In this document: positions 6,463 to 15,269 of the stretch, in pieces
How the letters are laid out: each line of letters starts with the position of its first letter
How positions within the stretch are numbered: position 1 is the first letter of the stretch
Virus record (IMG/VR): IMGVR_UViG_3300032083_002454
Span: 1-26,229 of that record
DNA: 26,229 bases
From: a virus
Taxonomy: Duplodnaviria; Caudoviricetes
Direction: 5' to 3' (one strand)
The notes under the pieces: generated by a model
What the model was told of the DNA's origin: nothing
Database searches by the model: none
What the model saw: only the letters and a program-made list of their open reading frames with translations
Position numbers and translations under genes: made by a program

Positions 6463-8158
6463 AGATCGGGCGACGGCATTTGCTCAAGCGGTAGTTGATG
6501 AGGAGCTGATTGCAGGGCCCCAAGTGCGCGATGCCTGCGCTCGGCACCTGCGCGATCTGGAAGAAGGCGAAGCCCGCGGGCTGTATTGGGATCTGGAGGC
6601 GGCCAACCACGCTATCGGATTCTTTGAAGATGTGCTGCGCCTCAACGGTGGACGATTCGAAGGCGAACCGTTTCACCTGCTGCCCTGGCAGGCGTTCATC
6701 GTCGGTAGCATTTACGGCTGGAAATCGGAAGATGGCTGGCGGCGTTTCCGCGTTGCTTACGTGGAAACGGCAAAGGGATCTGGCAAGTCACCGCTTGCGG
6801 CTGGCGTTGGCCTCTATGGCTTAGTGGCTGATGGCGAAGAGCGCGCCGAAATCTACGCAGCGGCGACAAAGAAAGACCAGGCACAAATCCTGTTCCGCGA
6901 CGCGGTGGCCATGGTCGATCAGTCGCCACTGCTCGCCACACGCATCGTCAAGTCAGGCGCGGTGGGCAAGGAGTACAACCTTGCCTTCCACAAAACGAGC
7001 AGCTTCTTTCGCACGGTGGCAGCTGACGATGGGCAATCAGGCCCCCGGCCACACGTCGCGCTGCTGGATGAGATTCACGAACACAAAACCCCGTTAGTCG
7101 TTGAGATGATGCGGGCCGGTACCAAGAGCCGCGAGCAAGCGTTGATCTTCATGATCACCAACTCCGGTACCGACCGGCTTTCAGTTTGCTGGGACTACCA
7201 CGACTACGCGCTCAAGGTCGCCAGTGGAGGCTTGGAAGACGATTCGTTTTTCGGCTTCGTCTGCTGTCTGGATGAAACAGACGACCCCTTTGATAACGAA
7301 GAGTGCTGGTACAAGGCCAACCCTTCATTGGCTTACGGCATCCCTGGCCTGAAGTATTTGCGCGAGCAGGTGACCCAAGCGCGGGGTATGCCCAGTAAAG
7401 AAGCGACGGTTAAGCGTCTCAACTTCTGCATGTGGGTGCAGGCAGACAACCCGGCGATCAGTCGCGATGCCTGGATTGCCACTCAAGATAAAGAGTTCGA
7501 CTTGGATAGCCTGCTAGGCCGGCGCTGCTACGCGGGCCTAGACCTATCGAGTACCCAGGATTTAACCGCCTTGGTGCTGCTGTTTGAGCCGGTACCGGAT
7601 GACCCGGTATGGCGAATGATCCCTTACTTCTGGCTGCCGGAAGAAGGCTTGGTGCGCAAAGCGGAAAAAGACCGCGTGCCTTACACGCTCTGGCAAGAGC
7701 GGGGCCACTTGCTCACGACACCAGGCAAGGCGATCAACAAGCGGCACGTGCTGCATCAGCTGTCAGAGATCGCGGCGATGTACGACCTGCAAGGCATCGG
7801 CTATGACCGCTGGAGAATCGAAGACCTCAACTCGCTGATCGATGACGAAGGCGTCACGCTGCCGCCGTTGGTCAGCTGCGGCCAAGGCTTTCAAACCATG
7901 GCACCGGCGGTGGATGAATTCGAGCGGCGGTTAATCAACGTAGAAATGCGGCACACCGGGCATCCGGTGCTGACCTGGTGCGCGGCTAACGCGGTGTATC
8001 AGGAAGACCCTGCGGGCAACCGCAAAGTTGATAAACGTAAATCCACCGGCCGCGTGGACGGCATCGTTGCTGCCGTGATGGCGACATCGCTAACGCTAGG
8101 CGAGATCGAGGAGAACGAAGACCTCGACGACTTTCTCAACAACATGGTGATCGGCTGA
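6425..8158 (+). CDS. terL: Terminase large subunit
   Basis: LLPWQ, Walker A AKGSGKS, Walker B LLDEIHEH, nuclease GLDLSSTQDLTA, RVDGIVA. Confidence 0.96.
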   Translation: MSKKKPPPNTVCEDRATAFAQAVVDEELIAGPQVRDACARHLRDLEEGEARGLYWDLEAANHAIGFFEDVLRLNGGRFEGEPFHLLPWQAFIVGSIYGWKSEDGWRRFRVAYVETAKGSGKSPLAAGVGLYGLVADGEERAEIYAAATKKDQAQILFRDAVAMVDQSPLLATRIVKSGAVGKEYNLAFHKTSSFFRTVAADDGQSGPRPHVALLDEIHEHKTPLVVEMMRAGTKSREQALIFMITNSGTDRLSVCWDYHDYALKVASGGLEDDSFFGFVCCLDETDDPFDNEECWYKANPSLAYGIPGLKYLREQVTQARGMPSKEATVKRLNFCMWVQADNPAISRDAWIATQDKEFDLDSLLGRRCYAGLDLSSTQDLTALVLLFEPVPDDPVWRMIPYFWLPEEGLVRKAEKDRVPYTLWQERGHLLTTPGKAINKRHVLHQLSEIAAMYDLQGIGYDRWRIEDLNSLIDDEGVTLPPLVSCGQGFQTMAPAVDEFERRLINVEMRHTGHPVLTWCAANAVYQEDPAGNRKVDKRKSTGRVDGIVAAVMATSLTLGEIEENEDLDDFLNNMVIG

Positions 8159-9432
8159 TGGGGCTACTAAGTTCAACGCGTACCTGGATAGGTAAGACGC
8201 TGAAGCTCACGGATGCCGGTTTTTGGAGCGCCTACTACGGTGGCGATTCGGTGACCGGCAAGAGCGTCACAGCGCAAACAGCGCTGCAGCTGTCCGCCGT
8301 TTGGTCCTGCGTCCGCTTGCTGTCTGAAACCGTTGGCACATTGCCGATTGGGATATTTGAGCATGACGCCCGCGGGGGCAAGAATGCCGCGCGTGATCAT
8401 TCCCTTTATCGGCTTCTACATGACCAGCCCCACGCCAACCTCACGGCAGTAGAGTACTGGGAACTGGTCGTTGCTCACATAGCGCTATGGGGGAATCACT
8501 ACAGCAGGATCAGCCGCAATGGCGCTGGCGCGATCGTAGCGCTTGAACCGCTCAACCCAGAGCACATGAACGACCCTGAGCCTGACGAAGACGGCAACCT
8601 GCAGTTTATTTATAACGGCCCCCATGGCCGCGAAGAGCTGACAGAGCGCGATGTTTTCCACGTCAAAGGGTTTGGGGTGAACGGCCGTGTGGGTATGTCG
8701 GTTATCGGCTTTGCTCGCAACTCATTCAGCATCTCAATTGCAACTGAGGAAGCGGCGGGTAAGACGTTCGCCAACGGCATGCAAACCGCTGGCTTTGTGC
8801 AAGCAGACAAGGTGCTGAATACAGAGCAGCGTGAGAAATTCAATACCGCGCTGAATCAGTTCACCGGTTCATCGAATGCAGGCAAGACGATGCTGTTGGA
8901 AGGTGGCTTTACCTACCAGCCCCTTTCGCTCAAGCCCGAAGATGCGCAGATGCTGCTATCACGTGGCTTCAACATTGAGGAAGTTTGCCGCTGGTTCCGG
9001 GTCTTCCCCTGGATGATCGGCCACTCAGAAAAGTCTACCAGCTGGGGAACAGGGTTAGAGCAAGGCAACATCGCGTTTCTGACTTACGCGCTGCGCCCTT
9101 ACCTGAGCCGGATTGAACAAGCCATCAAGCGGCAACTGCTAACCCCGGTAGAGCGCAAACGCTATTTTGCCGAGTTCAACCTGGAAGGGCTCTTACGTGC
9201 TGACAGCGCAGGACGCGCCGCGCTGTATTCGAGCTATGCCCAGAACGGTATCAATACCCGCAACGAGATACGCGCCCGGGAGAACTTACCCCCAGTAGAA
9301 GGTGGAGACGTGCTTACTGTGCAATCGAACCTGATCAACCTGAAAAGCCTGGGGCAACAAACCGGCGACCAAGTCGCCAAGGCTGCGCTAAAGGCGTGGC
9401 TGTTAGATGAGGAGCCACCCCGTGAAACGTAA
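8158..9432 (+). CDS. Portal protein, HK97 family
   Basis: ALQLSAVWSCVRLLSETVGTLP, EEVCRWFRVFP, NEIRARENLPP. Follows terL. Confidence 0.95.
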   Translation: MGLLSSTRTWIGKTLKLTDAGFWSAYYGGDSVTGKSVTAQTALQLSAVWSCVRLLSETVGTLPIGIFEHDARGGKNAARDHSLYRLLHDQPHANLTAVEYWELVVAHIALWGNHYSRISRNGAGAIVALEPLNPEHMNDPEPDEDGNLQFIYNGPHGREELTERDVFHVKGFGVNGRVGMSVIGFARNSFSISIATEEAAGKTFANGMQTAGFVQADKVLNTEQREKFNTALNQFTGSSNAGKTMLLEGGFTYQPLSLKPEDAQMLLSRGFNIEEVCRWFRVFPWMIGHSEKSTSWGTGLEQGNIAFLTYALRPYLSRIEQAIKRQLLTPVERKRYFAEFNLEGLLRADSAGRAALYSSYAQNGINTRNEIRARENLPPVEGGDVLTVQSNLINLKSLGQQTGDQVAKAALKAWLLDEEPPRET

Positions 9433-10129
9433 GAATGCCGCATTAAAGATTCGAGACTTCGATCTCCAAATTAAAGCCGTCAATGATGACGGCTTTTTTT
9501 CTGGCTATGGATCGGTGTTCGGTGTGGTGGATAGCTACCGCGAAGTGGTTGCCGCAGGTGCCTTCGCTGACTCCCTCGCTGCCATTGTCACGCGTGGCCG
9601 ACCAGTGCCAGTGCTGTGGCAGCACCGCCAAGGCGAGCCCATTGGGGTGTACACCAAGATGGAAGAGGACGAACACGGCCTCTACGTGGAAGGGCGGCTG
9701 CTGAAAGACAGCGTGCGCCAAGCAAGTGAAGCCCACGCGTTGATGGCCGCTGGTGCTGTCTCTGGCTTGTCGATCGGCTACTACGTGCGTGACGACTCCT
9801 TTGATGAAACCACGCGAGTACGAACGCTGAAGCAACTGGAGCTGATGGAGATCTCGCTAGTGACGTTCCCAGCGAATGATGAAGCCCGTGTGGAGGCGGT
9901 CAAGTTTGCGATCGCCCACGGCACCGTTCCAACCCTACCCGACTTTGAGCGGTTCCTGCGTGAGGCAGGCTTCTCGAAGTCACAGTCAGCGGTCATCGCC
10001 AACCGTGGACTGAAGCACCTGCTCCGGAGTGAGTCCGAGGGCACGGATAGCAAAACCGACCCGGCGGATATCAAGGCCCTTGGCGAAGTGCTAAGCGGCT
10101 TAAAGCTACCCACTTTTGGAGAATCCTAA
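9422..10129 (+). CDS. Prohead maturation protease, HK97 family
   Basis: FSGYGSVF, VLWQH, GLSIGY, EISLVTFPAN. GTG start after SD GAGGAG. Confidence 0.94.
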   Translation: MKRKNAALKIRDFDLQIKAVNDDGFFSGYGSVFGVVDSYREVVAAGAFADSLAAIVTRGRPVPVLWQHRQGEPIGVYTKMEEDEHGLYVEGRLLKDSVRQASEAHALMAAGAVSGLSIGYYVRDDSFDETTRVRTLKQLELMEISLVTFPANDEARVEAVKFAIAHGTVPTLPDFERFLREAGFSKSQSAVIANRGLKHLLRSESEGTDSKTDPADIKALGEVLSGLKLPTFGES

Positions 10130-11371
10130 ATGAGCCACTTTAACCGCAACCTAGGCGGCGAGTTTGCACGTAAGAACGCAGGCGGCACCCCTGAAGAGAT
10201 GGATATCAAGGGGCTAGTCAAGGCGCTAAATGAGCGTGATGCCGAGCTCAAAAAATTCTGTGAGAACGCGCAGAAGGAGATCAAAGACACCGGCAAAATC
10301 GCTGAGGACACCAAAGCTGCCCTTGAGCTGCTGGCGAAAACCGGCACCGAGATGCAAGAACGTCTGACTGAGTTAGAGCAGAAGGGCAGTCGTCGCGGTG
10401 GTGAAAAAGCCAAGATTCAGACCTGGGGGCAAAGCGTTGTCCAGGCTGAGTCGTTCAAATCAATGGTTGAGGGCCGTGTTGGCCGCACTGGTCGTGTTGA
10501 TGTTAAAGCGATCACCTCAGCGCCTGATGGTGAATCAGCCGGTGACTTGGTTGTAACTCAGCGCCTGCCAGGCATTATCTCAGCACCGGATCGTGTACTA
10601 ACCATCCGTGATCTGATCATGCCGGGGCGTACCACGTCCAATGCCATTGAGTACGTTAAAGAGAAGCTTTACACCAATAACGCCGCGCCTACTGCTGAGA
10701 ATACGCTCAAGCCTGAATCAAACATTACGTTTGAGCTGGCCACTGCAAACGTGCGCACCATTGCCCACTGGTTGCCTGCAACGAAACAAATCCTTGACGA
10801 TGCCCCACAGCTGGCGAGCTACATTGATGGCCGCCTGCGTTATGGCCTCTCTTATGTCGAGGATGAGCAGCTTCTATTGGGTGACGGCACCGCACAGAAC
10901 CTCTATGGCCTAATGCCTCAGGCAACTGCCTACAACCATGCGGCGCTATCTAAAGTAGGTGATACCCGTATCGATATCATCCGCCATGCAATTCTGCAGA
11001 CACGATTAGCTGAGTACCGTGCTAGCGGCATCATTTTGCATCCAGCGGATTGGGAAGCCATTGAGCTAACCAAAACGGACGATAACGCCTACGTGTTCGC
11101 TAACCCTACCAACCAGACGCAACCACGCCTGTGGGGCTTGCCGGTAGTGGAAACCACTGCCATGCCGGAAGGCGAGTTCATGACCGGCGCCTTCAACATG
11201 GGTGCGCAAATCTTCGACCGCGAGACCACTACTGTGGAAGTGTCCACCGAAGACCGAGACAACTTCGTGAAAAACATGGTGACGGTGCGTGCAGAAGAGC
11301 GCCTGGCCATGGCGGTCTATCGCCCGCAATCGTTTGTTTCAGGGCCGTTCCCCGACACCAGCGGCGTTTAA
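10130..11371 (+). CDS. Major capsid protein, HK97 fold, with N-terminal delta scaffold domain
   Basis: Coiled-coil N-terminus, LKPESNITF, TIAHW...QILDDAPQL, EDRDNFVKNMVTVRAEERLA. Confidence 0.96.
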   Translation: MSHFNRNLGGEFARKNAGGTPEEMDIKGLVKALNERDAELKKFCENAQKEIKDTGKIAEDTKAALELLAKTGTEMQERLTELEQKGSRRGGEKAKIQTWGQSVVQAESFKSMVEGRVGRTGRVDVKAITSAPDGESAGDLVVTQRLPGIISAPDRVLTIRDLIMPGRTTSNAIEYVKEKLYTNNAAPTAENTLKPESNITFELATANVRTIAHWLPATKQILDDAPQLASYIDGRLRYGLSYVEDEQLLLGDGTAQNLYGLMPQATAYNHAALSKVGDTRIDIIRHAILQTRLAEYRASGIILHPADWEAIELTKTDDNAYVFANPTNQTQPRLWGLPVVETTAMPEGEFMTGAFNMGAQIFDRETTTVEVSTEDRDNFVKNMVTVRAEERLAMAVYRPQSFVSGPFPDTSGV

Positions 11372-11432
11372 GCGCTATTCGAGAGCCACTCCAACAGTCT
11401 GAGGCAGGCCGGGGAAACTCGGCCTGATGCTT

Positions 11433-11750
11433 ATGAAAGTAACAGCACTGAAGACCTTCACCGGAAAAGCGGGATTGATTCGCCAAGGCAGCCGCCCTGA
11501 TCTGGATGAAGACTACGTGAAAGACTTAGAGCGTGAGGGTTTAGTAAGCCGTCGCGACGTTAAACCCGCCCCGGCAATGCTGACTAAAGCCGATCAAGAA
11601 GCGCAGGCAAAAACCGCTGCTGAACAGGAAGCGTTGAAGGCCAAGGCAGCCGCAAACGAAAAAGCGGATGAAGAAGCTAAAGCGAAAGCCATGGAAGAAG
11701 CCAAGGCGAAAGAAGAAGCCGCAGCTAAACAGGAAAAGGCCACCAAATGA
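11433..11750 (+). CDS. Small head-associated protein with Lys/Glu/Ala-rich helical tail
   Basis: Post-capsid position, MKVTALKTF N-terminus, EEAKAKA-type repeats. Start is either 11427 or 11433. Confidence 0.65.
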   Translation: MKVTALKTFTGKAGLIRQGSRPDLDEDYVKDLEREGLVSRRDVKPAPAMLTKADQEAQAKTAAEQEALKAKAAANEKADEEAKAKAMEEAKAKEEAAAKQEKATK

Positions 11751-12061
11751 TTGAGCTCGGCGTCGTCAAACAGCATTTGCGCGTGGAAGGCGATCACGAA
11801 GATGCGCTGGTAGAGGTTTACCTCGCTGCCGCCGTTGACGCCGCCGAGCGCTATATAGGTCGCAAGCTCTACGTTGACCAAGTGCCTGAAGATGAAGAGC
11901 AGGGCCTGGTCATCACACCTTCGATCACGGCGGCCATCTTATTGATCACTGGTCACCTTTATTCAAATCGTGAAGAGGTTGTGACAGGTACGATCGCAAC
12001 GAAGGTACCTCAAGCCAGTGAATCCCTGATGTGGCCCTACAGGTTGGACATCGCGCTATGA
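11747..12061 (+). CDS. Head-tail connector (HK97 gp6-like)
   Basis: VKQHLRV, EDALVEVYLAAA, AILLITGHLYSNRE. Confidence 0.92.
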   Translation: MIELGVVKQHLRVEGDHEDALVEVYLAAAVDAAERYIGRKLYVDQVPEDEEQGLVITPSITAAILLITGHLYSNREEVVTGTIATKVPQASESLMWPYRLDIAL

Positions 12062-12234
12062 CCGAACCGTCTCAAACAGATATCCAGCAGCTTGTTATAG
12101 CTATCAATGCCCAAACCCAAGCGATCAGTGAGCTCGCAGAAAGCAACCGCACGCTGGTGGACTACCTGATTCAAGACCAGGTGGAAGACCTCGACGGCGC
12201 TGCGGGAGAAGTCTACCTGGATTCTGACGATTAA
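12058..12234 (+). CDS. Small acidic hypothetical protein (coiled coil)
   Basis: ATGA-coupled to gp6, 58 aa, fills the gap before the head closure gene. Confidence 0.65.
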   Translation: MTEPSQTDIQQLVIAINAQTQAISELAESNRTLVDYLIQDQVEDLDGAAGEVYLDSDD

Positions 12235-12251
12235 TATTAAGAGAGGCGCCT

Positions 12252-12590
12252 ATGCAAGCTGGCAAGTTAAGGCACCGCTGCATCATCGAGAAACCAACCG
12301 ATGAACAGGATCCCGACACCGGTGAAATGCTAGAAGGCTGGGAAGTCGTCACGCCCGCCTGGATGGGGATTGAGCCGCTCAGCGTTCGCGCCTTTATCGC
12401 CGCCAACGCCGCGCAGTCTGAGGTTACCGGGCAGTTAGTCATGCGCTACCGGCCCGGGCTGAAGATTGACAGTACGATGCGCGTACTCCACGGCAGCACG
12501 GTCTACAACATTGAGGGCGTGCTGCCCGACAACCGCAGTGGGCAAGAGTATTTAACGCTTCCGTACAGCGAGGGCGTAAACGATGGCTGA
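12252..12590 (+). CDS. Head closure protein (SPP1 gp16/HK97 gp7-like)
   Basis: MQAGKLRHR, IEPLSVR, MRYRPG, YNIEGVLPD. Confidence 0.92.
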   Translation: MQAGKLRHRCIIEKPTDEQDPDTGEMLEGWEVVTPAWMGIEPLSVRAFIAANAAQSEVTGQLVMRYRPGLKIDSTMRVLHGSTVYNIEGVLPDNRSGQEYLTLPYSEGVNDG

Positions 12591-13077
12591 CCCTGTCGCC
12601 GTCAACGTTGAAGGCCTGGAGCAAGTAGTCGGACGTATGGAAGGCATGAGCTTTGACCTGCGCAAGAAAGGCGGGCGCTTCGCCATGCGAAAGGCTGCCA
12701 ACTTGATTCGCGACAAAGCCAGTGAGAATGCCAGCAAATTCGATGACCCAGCAACGCCGGAAGAAATATTCAAAAATATTGTGGTGCGCTTTTCGCCCAA
12801 GGATTTCAAGCGTAACGGCAACCTAGTGTTTCGCGTTGGTGTGTTAGGGGGAGCCAGTGGCTTTGCAGCGGCTAGCGGTGAGGTGCAAGGCAAGGGCAAG
12901 GCCAACCCGGGTGGGGATACGTACCACTGGCGGTTCAAAGAGTTTGGCACCATCAACGCCCCCGCAGAGCCCTTCATGCGTAACGCACTTTCCGAAAACG
13001 TCCAAGCCGCGACAGACGAATTTATCAAGCATTACAACAAAGCCCTCGACCGCGCGATCAAGCGCGGGCAGCGCTAA
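12583..13077 (+). CDS. HK97 gp10-family tail completion protein
   Basis: YHWRFKEFGT...PAEPFMRNAL motif and synteny. Confidence 0.9.
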   Translation: MADPVAVNVEGLEQVVGRMEGMSFDLRKKGGRFAMRKAANLIRDKASENASKFDDPATPEEIFKNIVVRFSPKDFKRNGNLVFRVGVLGGASGFAAASGEVQGKGKANPGGDTYHWRFKEFGTINAPAEPFMRNALSENVQAATDEFIKHYNKALDRAIKRGQR

Positions 13078-13092
13078 CCCGGAGCAAGGCCA

Positions 13093-13458
13093 ATGCCCCC
13101 ACTCTTTGCTGTTTGCGCCGCTAACGCGGGGGTCACCGCGTTGCTGGGCGCTGAAAAAACCCGGCTGTATCCGTTCGGTAGCGCTCCAGAAGATGGCGCC
13201 AAGCCTTATGCAACATTTCAAGTGCTTAACGGCCTGCCCGAGAACTACTTGGATGAGCCGCCGGATACAGACGAATGGAACATCCAGATCGATGTTTACG
13301 CCAATAACGTAAAGAGCGCAGAGGCAGTGCAAGCCGCCCTGCGCCGAGCACTAGAACCGCACTGCTACATCACTCGCCTGGGCGGTACCGGCACTGAGAC
13401 CACCACCCAGCTTAAGACGACCAGCTTCGACGTGAGCTGGATCTACACCACCCAGTAG
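13093..13458 (+). CDS. Tail terminator (DUF3168-like)
   Basis: RLYPFGSAP, PENYL, IQIDVYA. Precedes the tube gene. Confidence 0.85.
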   Translation: MPPLFAVCAANAGVTALLGAEKTRLYPFGSAPEDGAKPYATFQVLNGLPENYLDEPPDTDEWNIQIDVYANNVKSAEAVQAALRRALEPHCYITRLGGTGTETTTQLKTTSFDVSWIYTTQ

Positions 13459-13470
13459 AGGAAACACACC

Positions 13471-13971
13471 ATGCTCACTAAAGGCACCAGCGTCTTTTTC
13501 CAGACCCCCACCGGCGAGATCCTCCGGGTCAAGAGGTTGACCGCGTTCAATCCGGGTTCGAGTCCCAAGAGCCAGATCGACACCACCGATCTGGAAGAGA
13601 CGCAGGCAATGACGTACGAAGCTGGCTTGGCACAGCCGGGGCAAGGTAGCTTGGCGATTAATACCGACCCGAACGAGCCTTCGCATATTGCTTTACAGCA
13701 GATGGCCGAAGGGGGGCAGACCCCCACGCTCAAATGGTTTGTCGGTTGGAGCGACGGCCCGGTCGATGCCGAAGGGAAGCAGACAGCCGAACCCACCATT
13801 TCAGGTGAGGAGGTAACGTTGCCGACTACTCGCACCTGGTACACGTTCCAAGCCTACATCGCAGACTTCCCGTTCGACTTCCAGCTTAATGCCAATGTGA
13901 CCGTTGCTGGTTCGCTGCAGCGCAGCGGTCGCGGCGCCTGGAAACCAAAAGAGGTTACTCCGACACCATGA
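13471..13971 (+). CDS. Tail tube (major tail) protein
   Basis: IDTTDLE, GLAQPGQGS, WFVGWSDG, YIADFPFDF, QRSG. Confidence 0.88.
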   Translation: MLTKGTSVFFQTPTGEILRVKRLTAFNPGSSPKSQIDTTDLEETQAMTYEAGLAQPGQGSLAINTDPNEPSHIALQQMAEGGQTPTLKWFVGWSDGPVDAEGKQTAEPTISGEEVTLPTTRTWYTFQAYIADFPFDFQLNANVTVAGSLQRSGRGAWKPKEVTPTP

Positions 13972-14423
13972 ACCTAATCGAAACCCTAGCCGCCAATGGC
14001 GGCTTTGTATCCCGCAAGCCGGAACCCGAAGAGATCACCATCACCAACGACGAAGGCGAGGAATTTACCGCCACGGTGTATGTGCTGCCGCTGTCCTACG
14101 TGACAGCAAAAAGCGACATCGTGGCCACGCAGTTAAAGAGCGACCCGCTCGCTGCGCGTATTGCCCACTGCATCGTGGATGAAGAAGGCCAGCGCGTGTT
14201 CACCGTTGAGGACGTGACCGGCGAAGCCGACCCCGAGCGAGGGCCGCTTAGCAATAGCCTGACCCATGAGCTGCTGCGTGTGATCGGGAAGGTGACGAAG
14301 TTGGGAAAGCGCCCGGCGAGCTCAGCGAAGAAGACGAAGTCTGGCACGAGCTCGTCCTCGCGGGGATCGGCGGCCGGACGATCGAGGAAGCGCAAGCCCG
14401 CCTCAGCTACCCAGAGTTCCTAG
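13968..14423 (+). CDS. Tail assembly chaperone (gpG-like)
   Basis: Lies between tube and tape measure. Carries slippery G GGA AAG at 14303-14309 and a low-complexity tail after it. Confidence 0.85.
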   Translation: MNLIETLAANGGFVSRKPEPEEITITNDEGEEFTATVYVLPLSYVTAKSDIVATQLKSDPLAARIAHCIVDEEGQRVFTVEDVTGEADPERGPLSNSLTHELLRVIGKVTKLGKRPASSAKKTKSGTSSSSRGSAAGRSRKRKPASATQSS

Positions 14424-14620
14424 GCTGGCTAGCGTACCGCCAAAAACGCGGCACGCTACACACCGGTATGCGCATCGAGCGCGCTGCGGCGATGATCGTT
14501 TGCCAGCAAGCTAATATGCACCGCAAGCAAGGTGTGCCCGCGTTTGAGCTGTCTGACTTCATGCCCCATGCCGATAAGCCCGAGCTAACGCTGGAAGAAG
14601 CGATGGAGCGTTGGGGGTGA
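14303..14620 (+). CDS. gpT-like C-terminal part of the frameshifted chaperone gpGT (-1 frame, not in ORF track)
   Basis: The -1 frame is open from GGGAAAG to TGA 14618-14620: GKAPGELSEEDEVWHELVLAGIGGRTIEEAQARLSYPEFLGWLAYRQKRG...SDFMPHADKPELTLEEAMERWG. Confidence 0.88.
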   Translation, partial: GKAPGELSEEDEVWHELVLAGIGGRTIEEAQARLSYPEFLGWLAYRQKRGTLHTGMRIERAAAMIVCQQANMHRKQGVPAFELSDFMPHADKPELTLEEAMERWG

Positions 14621-14686
14621 TGGGCCGCGTGAATTATCCCTACATTCTGAGTAGTCTTAGGATTTGCATAGATGCAGGGGATAACA

Positions 14687-15019
14687 ATGACGATAAGGGT
14701 CATAGTTGCTGGCACTGGATTTGAGAAGCGCGACCAGTACATAAGGCGCTTTGCTAAGAAAGGAATGCCAGTGGTGTTAAGGCGAGAGCCGGACAATCAG
14801 TTCGATGCCAACGCGATCGCGGTAGATATGCTAGTGAGGCGTTGGTACACGCTGTTCAAAGAAGTGCCCGTTCATATAGGCTATATAAAGAAGTCACGCG
14901 CGGCATCAATGTCCAAAAAAATAGATGTTGGTGGTAAAGTGCTTTCTGCACATGTTGAAAGCATGTACATGGAGCGCAATCACCCGCGTGTTTCACTCGT
15001 GATAGAGGCAGATTGGTAA
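14687..15019 (+). CDS. Stand-alone HIRAN domain protein (moron)
   Basis: VIVAGTGF, LRREPDNQFDANAIAV and HIGYI are HIRAN signature motifs. Visibly more AT-rich than flanking genes. Confidence 0.85.
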   Translation: MTIRVIVAGTGFEKRDQYIRRFAKKGMPVVLRREPDNQFDANAIAVDMLVRRWYTLFKEVPVHIGYIKKSRAASMSKKIDVGGKVLSAHVESMYMERNHPRVSLVIEADW

Positions 15020-15030
15020 GGCGAAATGTT

Positions 15031-15213
15031 ATGGACTTAGGCGGCGCGCTGTTAATTACCCTTTTGATTGGCGTGTACTTTTTGCCTCTCATAGTTGCTG
15101 TTGTCAGAAACAAGCGAAACATGCTGGCCATTAGTATGCTTAATCTATTTGCAGGATGGACGTTGCTTGGCTGGTTAGCTGCGCTCATATGGGCCTGTTT
15201 AGAAGAAAAGTAA
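15031..15213 (+). CDS. Superinfection immunity membrane protein (T4 Imm-like)
   Basis: YFLPLIVA..R.K.N..AI..LNLFAGWTLLGWLAALIWA is the Imm_superinfect signature. 60 aa, hydrophobic. Confidence 0.9.
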   Translation: MDLGGALLITLLIGVYFLPLIVAVVRNKRNMLAISMLNLFAGWTLLGWLAALIWACLEEK

Positions 15214-15229
15214 AAGACCTTTAAAGCCT

Positions 15230-15253
15230 AAACCCGCTAATGCGGGTTTTTTT
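15230..15253 (+). terminator. Intrinsic terminator closing the moron
   Basis: AAACCCGC-taat-GCGGGTTT followed by a T run. Confidence 0.85.
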
Positions 15254-15269
15254 AAGCCTGGAGAAAAGT

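Noticed and set aside
11405-11426. Hairpin after the capsid gene as an intrinsic terminator
   Set aside because: No U tract follows. Reinterpreted as a translation or stability element.
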